Shown one piece after another: positions 58,680-60,232 of a stretch of 60,232 nucleotides of DNA. Both the position numbers and the translations under genes were made by a program. Each line of letters begins with the position of its first letter. Position 1 is the stretch's first letter. The notes under the pieces are model-generated. The model saw only the letters and a program-made list of their open reading frames with translations, searched no databases and was not told where the DNA came from. This DNA is from Candidatus Hydrothermales bacterium (GTDB lineage Bacteria > Hydrothermota > Hydrothermia > Hydrothermales > JAJRUZ01), in contig JBCNUW010000012.1 of the NCBI GenBank assembly GCA_039630575.1, forward strand, positions 1-60,232, read 5' to 3'.

Positions 58680-59618
58680 TTATAAAGAAAAATTTTTTTT
58701 ACTTTCTTTATTATTACCCCTTATAACAGAAATAAAGATTGTAAAAGCAAGAACTAACAAAACAAATAAAAGAGCAAAAATTGTCGGAATCTTATAAAAA
58801 TCACTTATGAGCATCTTAAAGCCAATAAAAACAAGAATCACAGAAAGTCCCTTATCAAGGTAAGTAAAAAGTCTCATAATATTTTCAATCAAAAAATAAA
58901 GAGACCTTAAACCTAATATGGCACATATATTTGAAGTAAAAACAATAAATGGATCCACTGTTATAGCAAATATGGCAGGAACAGAATCAATTGCAAAAAC
59001 AACATCAGTACTTTCTATAACTAAAAGAACTATAAAAAGTGGTGTTGCCATATATTTTTTACTAGATCTTACAAAAAATTTTTGCCCATGGTATCCAGTT
59101 GTAACAGGAATAAATTTTCTTGCCAACTTAAGTAAAGGATTCTTTTCTGGATGAATCTCTTCCTTTTTTCTAAAAAGTAATTTTATTCCTGAATATATAA
59201 CAATAAATCCAAAAATATAGATGACAAAGTGAAACTTTTTAATTAAAGTAACCCCTGCTAAAATGAAAAATAACCTCATTAATATTGCACCAAGAATACC
59301 CCAAAATAAAACCCTAAATCTATACTCATTTGGAACTGCAAAGTAATTGAAAATTACAAGAAAAATAAAAATATTGTCAGCTGAAAGAGAAAGTTCTACT
59401 AAGTATCCTGTTAAAAACTCAAGAGCTTTCTGATAACCCCATGAAAAAAACACAAATGTATTTACAAGAAAAGAGATAAAAACCCAAACAAGATACCATA
59501 AAAGAGCTTCCTTAAATCTTGGAACATGAGCTTTCCTGTGAAAAACACCTAAGTCTAAAAGCAAAACAAAAAGAATAAAAGATAGAAAAACAACCCATAA
59601 AAGAAAATTTTCTTTCAT
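58680..59618 (-). CDS. TerC/Alx-family membrane protein
   Basis: LDLGVFHR, E.SLS.DNIF, RVLFWGILGA..MR, DVVFAIDSVPA, SNICAILGLRSLYF. Confidence 0.9.
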   Translation of the reverse strand: MKENFLLWVVFLSFILFVLLLDLGVFHRKAHVPRFKEALLWYLVWVFISFLVNTFVFFSWGYQKALEFLTGYLVELSLSADNIFIFLVIFNYFAVPNEYRFRVLFWGILGAILMRLFFILAGVTLIKKFHFVIYIFGFIVIYSGIKLLFRKKEEIHPEKNPLLKLARKFIPVTTGYHGQKFFVRSSKKYMATPLFIVLLVIESTDVVFAIDSVPAIFAITVDPFIVFTSNICAILGLRSLYFLIENIMRLFTYLDKGLSVILVFIGFKMLISDFYKIPTIFALLFVLLVLAFTIFISVIRGNNKESKKNFSL

Positions 59619-60096
59619 AGAATTTTATAAAATTTATTATTTTATATTTAATTTTTTTAAATTTTCAAACTATAACCTATATTTGCCATTTTTTAAGTCA
59701 GATAGAACCCTTTAATTTTTTAATTTTTGATGGGAACAAATTTTTAATGGTAAATTAAACAAAGAACAACTTGCGCGCCCTATTTTTTTCTTTAAGAAAA
59801 TTTTTGAAATTAAAAGAAGATGAATTTACTCCCTATAAATTTTTAGATGTTTGAAGAAATTTTTGGTGCTGAAATAGGTGAAAAAAAACTTTTGTACTTG
59901 TTGCTTTTTTGTATGTAATGCTTACATATCCTATAAAAAGGATTTTGTTTATGATAAAAAGGCAACTTATGAGATTTTTGGGGGTGAAGGTAGGCAAAAT
60001 TTGCTGTTAGGACAAGTTAAAAATTAAAATATTTGAAATCCAGTAATTCCCAAATTGCGTTGGTAAACTCGAGTTTAACCCTTATTTGCTTTTTCT

Positions 60097-60232
60097 CTAA
60101 TCTCCTTTTGAAATCACCACCTTAAAACAACTTGGAACTTCTCTACTACTTGTCCTTAAAAAGTAAACCCCAGAAGGAATATTATCTATGTTAAGATAGA
60201 TTTTGCGATGATAAGATCCAAATAGCTTATAA
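60097..60232 (-). CDS. 3' end (partial) of a T9SS-type C-terminal-domain protein
   Basis: YKLFGSYHRKIYLNIDNIPSGVYFLRTSSREVPSCFKVVISKGD*; runs off the window edge. Confidence 0.7.
   Translation of the reverse strand, partial: YKLFGSYHRKIYLNIDNIPSGVYFLRTSSREVPSCFKVVISKGD

Noticed and set aside
1448..59154. Many 60-135 aa ORFs nested in or antisense to long genes (e.g. 4596, 7406-8185, 29605, 37961, 44748, 48863)
   Set aside because: They lie within well-supported genes and show no recognisable motifs
59619..59840. Possible yybP-ykoY (Mn) riboswitch upstream of the TerC/Alx gene (AGGGAGTA on the minus strand near 59827-59834)
   Set aside because: The rest of the motif and its stems are not visible; an Rfam covariance search would settle it
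59700..60030. Coding-like fragments on the plus strand
   Set aside because: Possibly a decayed gene, but I could not assign a family
1..60232. CRISPR array, prophage or tRNA-anchored integrative element
   Set aside because: No regularly spaced repeats, cas, integrase or phage genes, and no duplicated tRNA 3' ends were seen

Overview
AT-rich, densely packed bacterial chromosomal window with about 55 CDSs, 6 tRNAs and a few decayed gene remnants. I found no CRISPR array, rRNA, integrase or transposase. Lys/Glu-rich proteins, outer-membrane proteins, a GldAFG-like ABC system and T9SS-type C-terminal sorting domains suggest a thermophilic diderm near the FCB group, possibly WOR-3-like (inference only). 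Housekeeping genes: purC, purE, speE, mnmG, trmFO, radA, metG, thiC-family, trpB2, ATP-dependent DNA ligase, nuoBCD. Most notable: (1) a divergent TRAP/MtrB homolog lacking most canonical RNA-binding residues, whose predicted transcript is closed end to end by a perfect 13-bp inverted repeat followed by a U-tract; (2) a 9-kb cluster encoding 56 CxxCH heme motifs, arranged as three CbcL-like multiheme/cytochrome b modules plus an 18-heme and a 4-heme protein; (3) a KamA aminomutase + two ATP-grasp ligases + GNAT operon with a divergent XRE-cupin regulator; (4) a Ni/Co ECF operon whose accessory proteins all have His at the predicted mature N-terminus; (5) window-wide expression patterns: leaderless promoters, CCA-less tRNAs placed 12-14 nt upstream of SD-less genes, coupled uORFs and very short signal peptides. 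All protein family calls come from motif recognition by eye, not from database searches.
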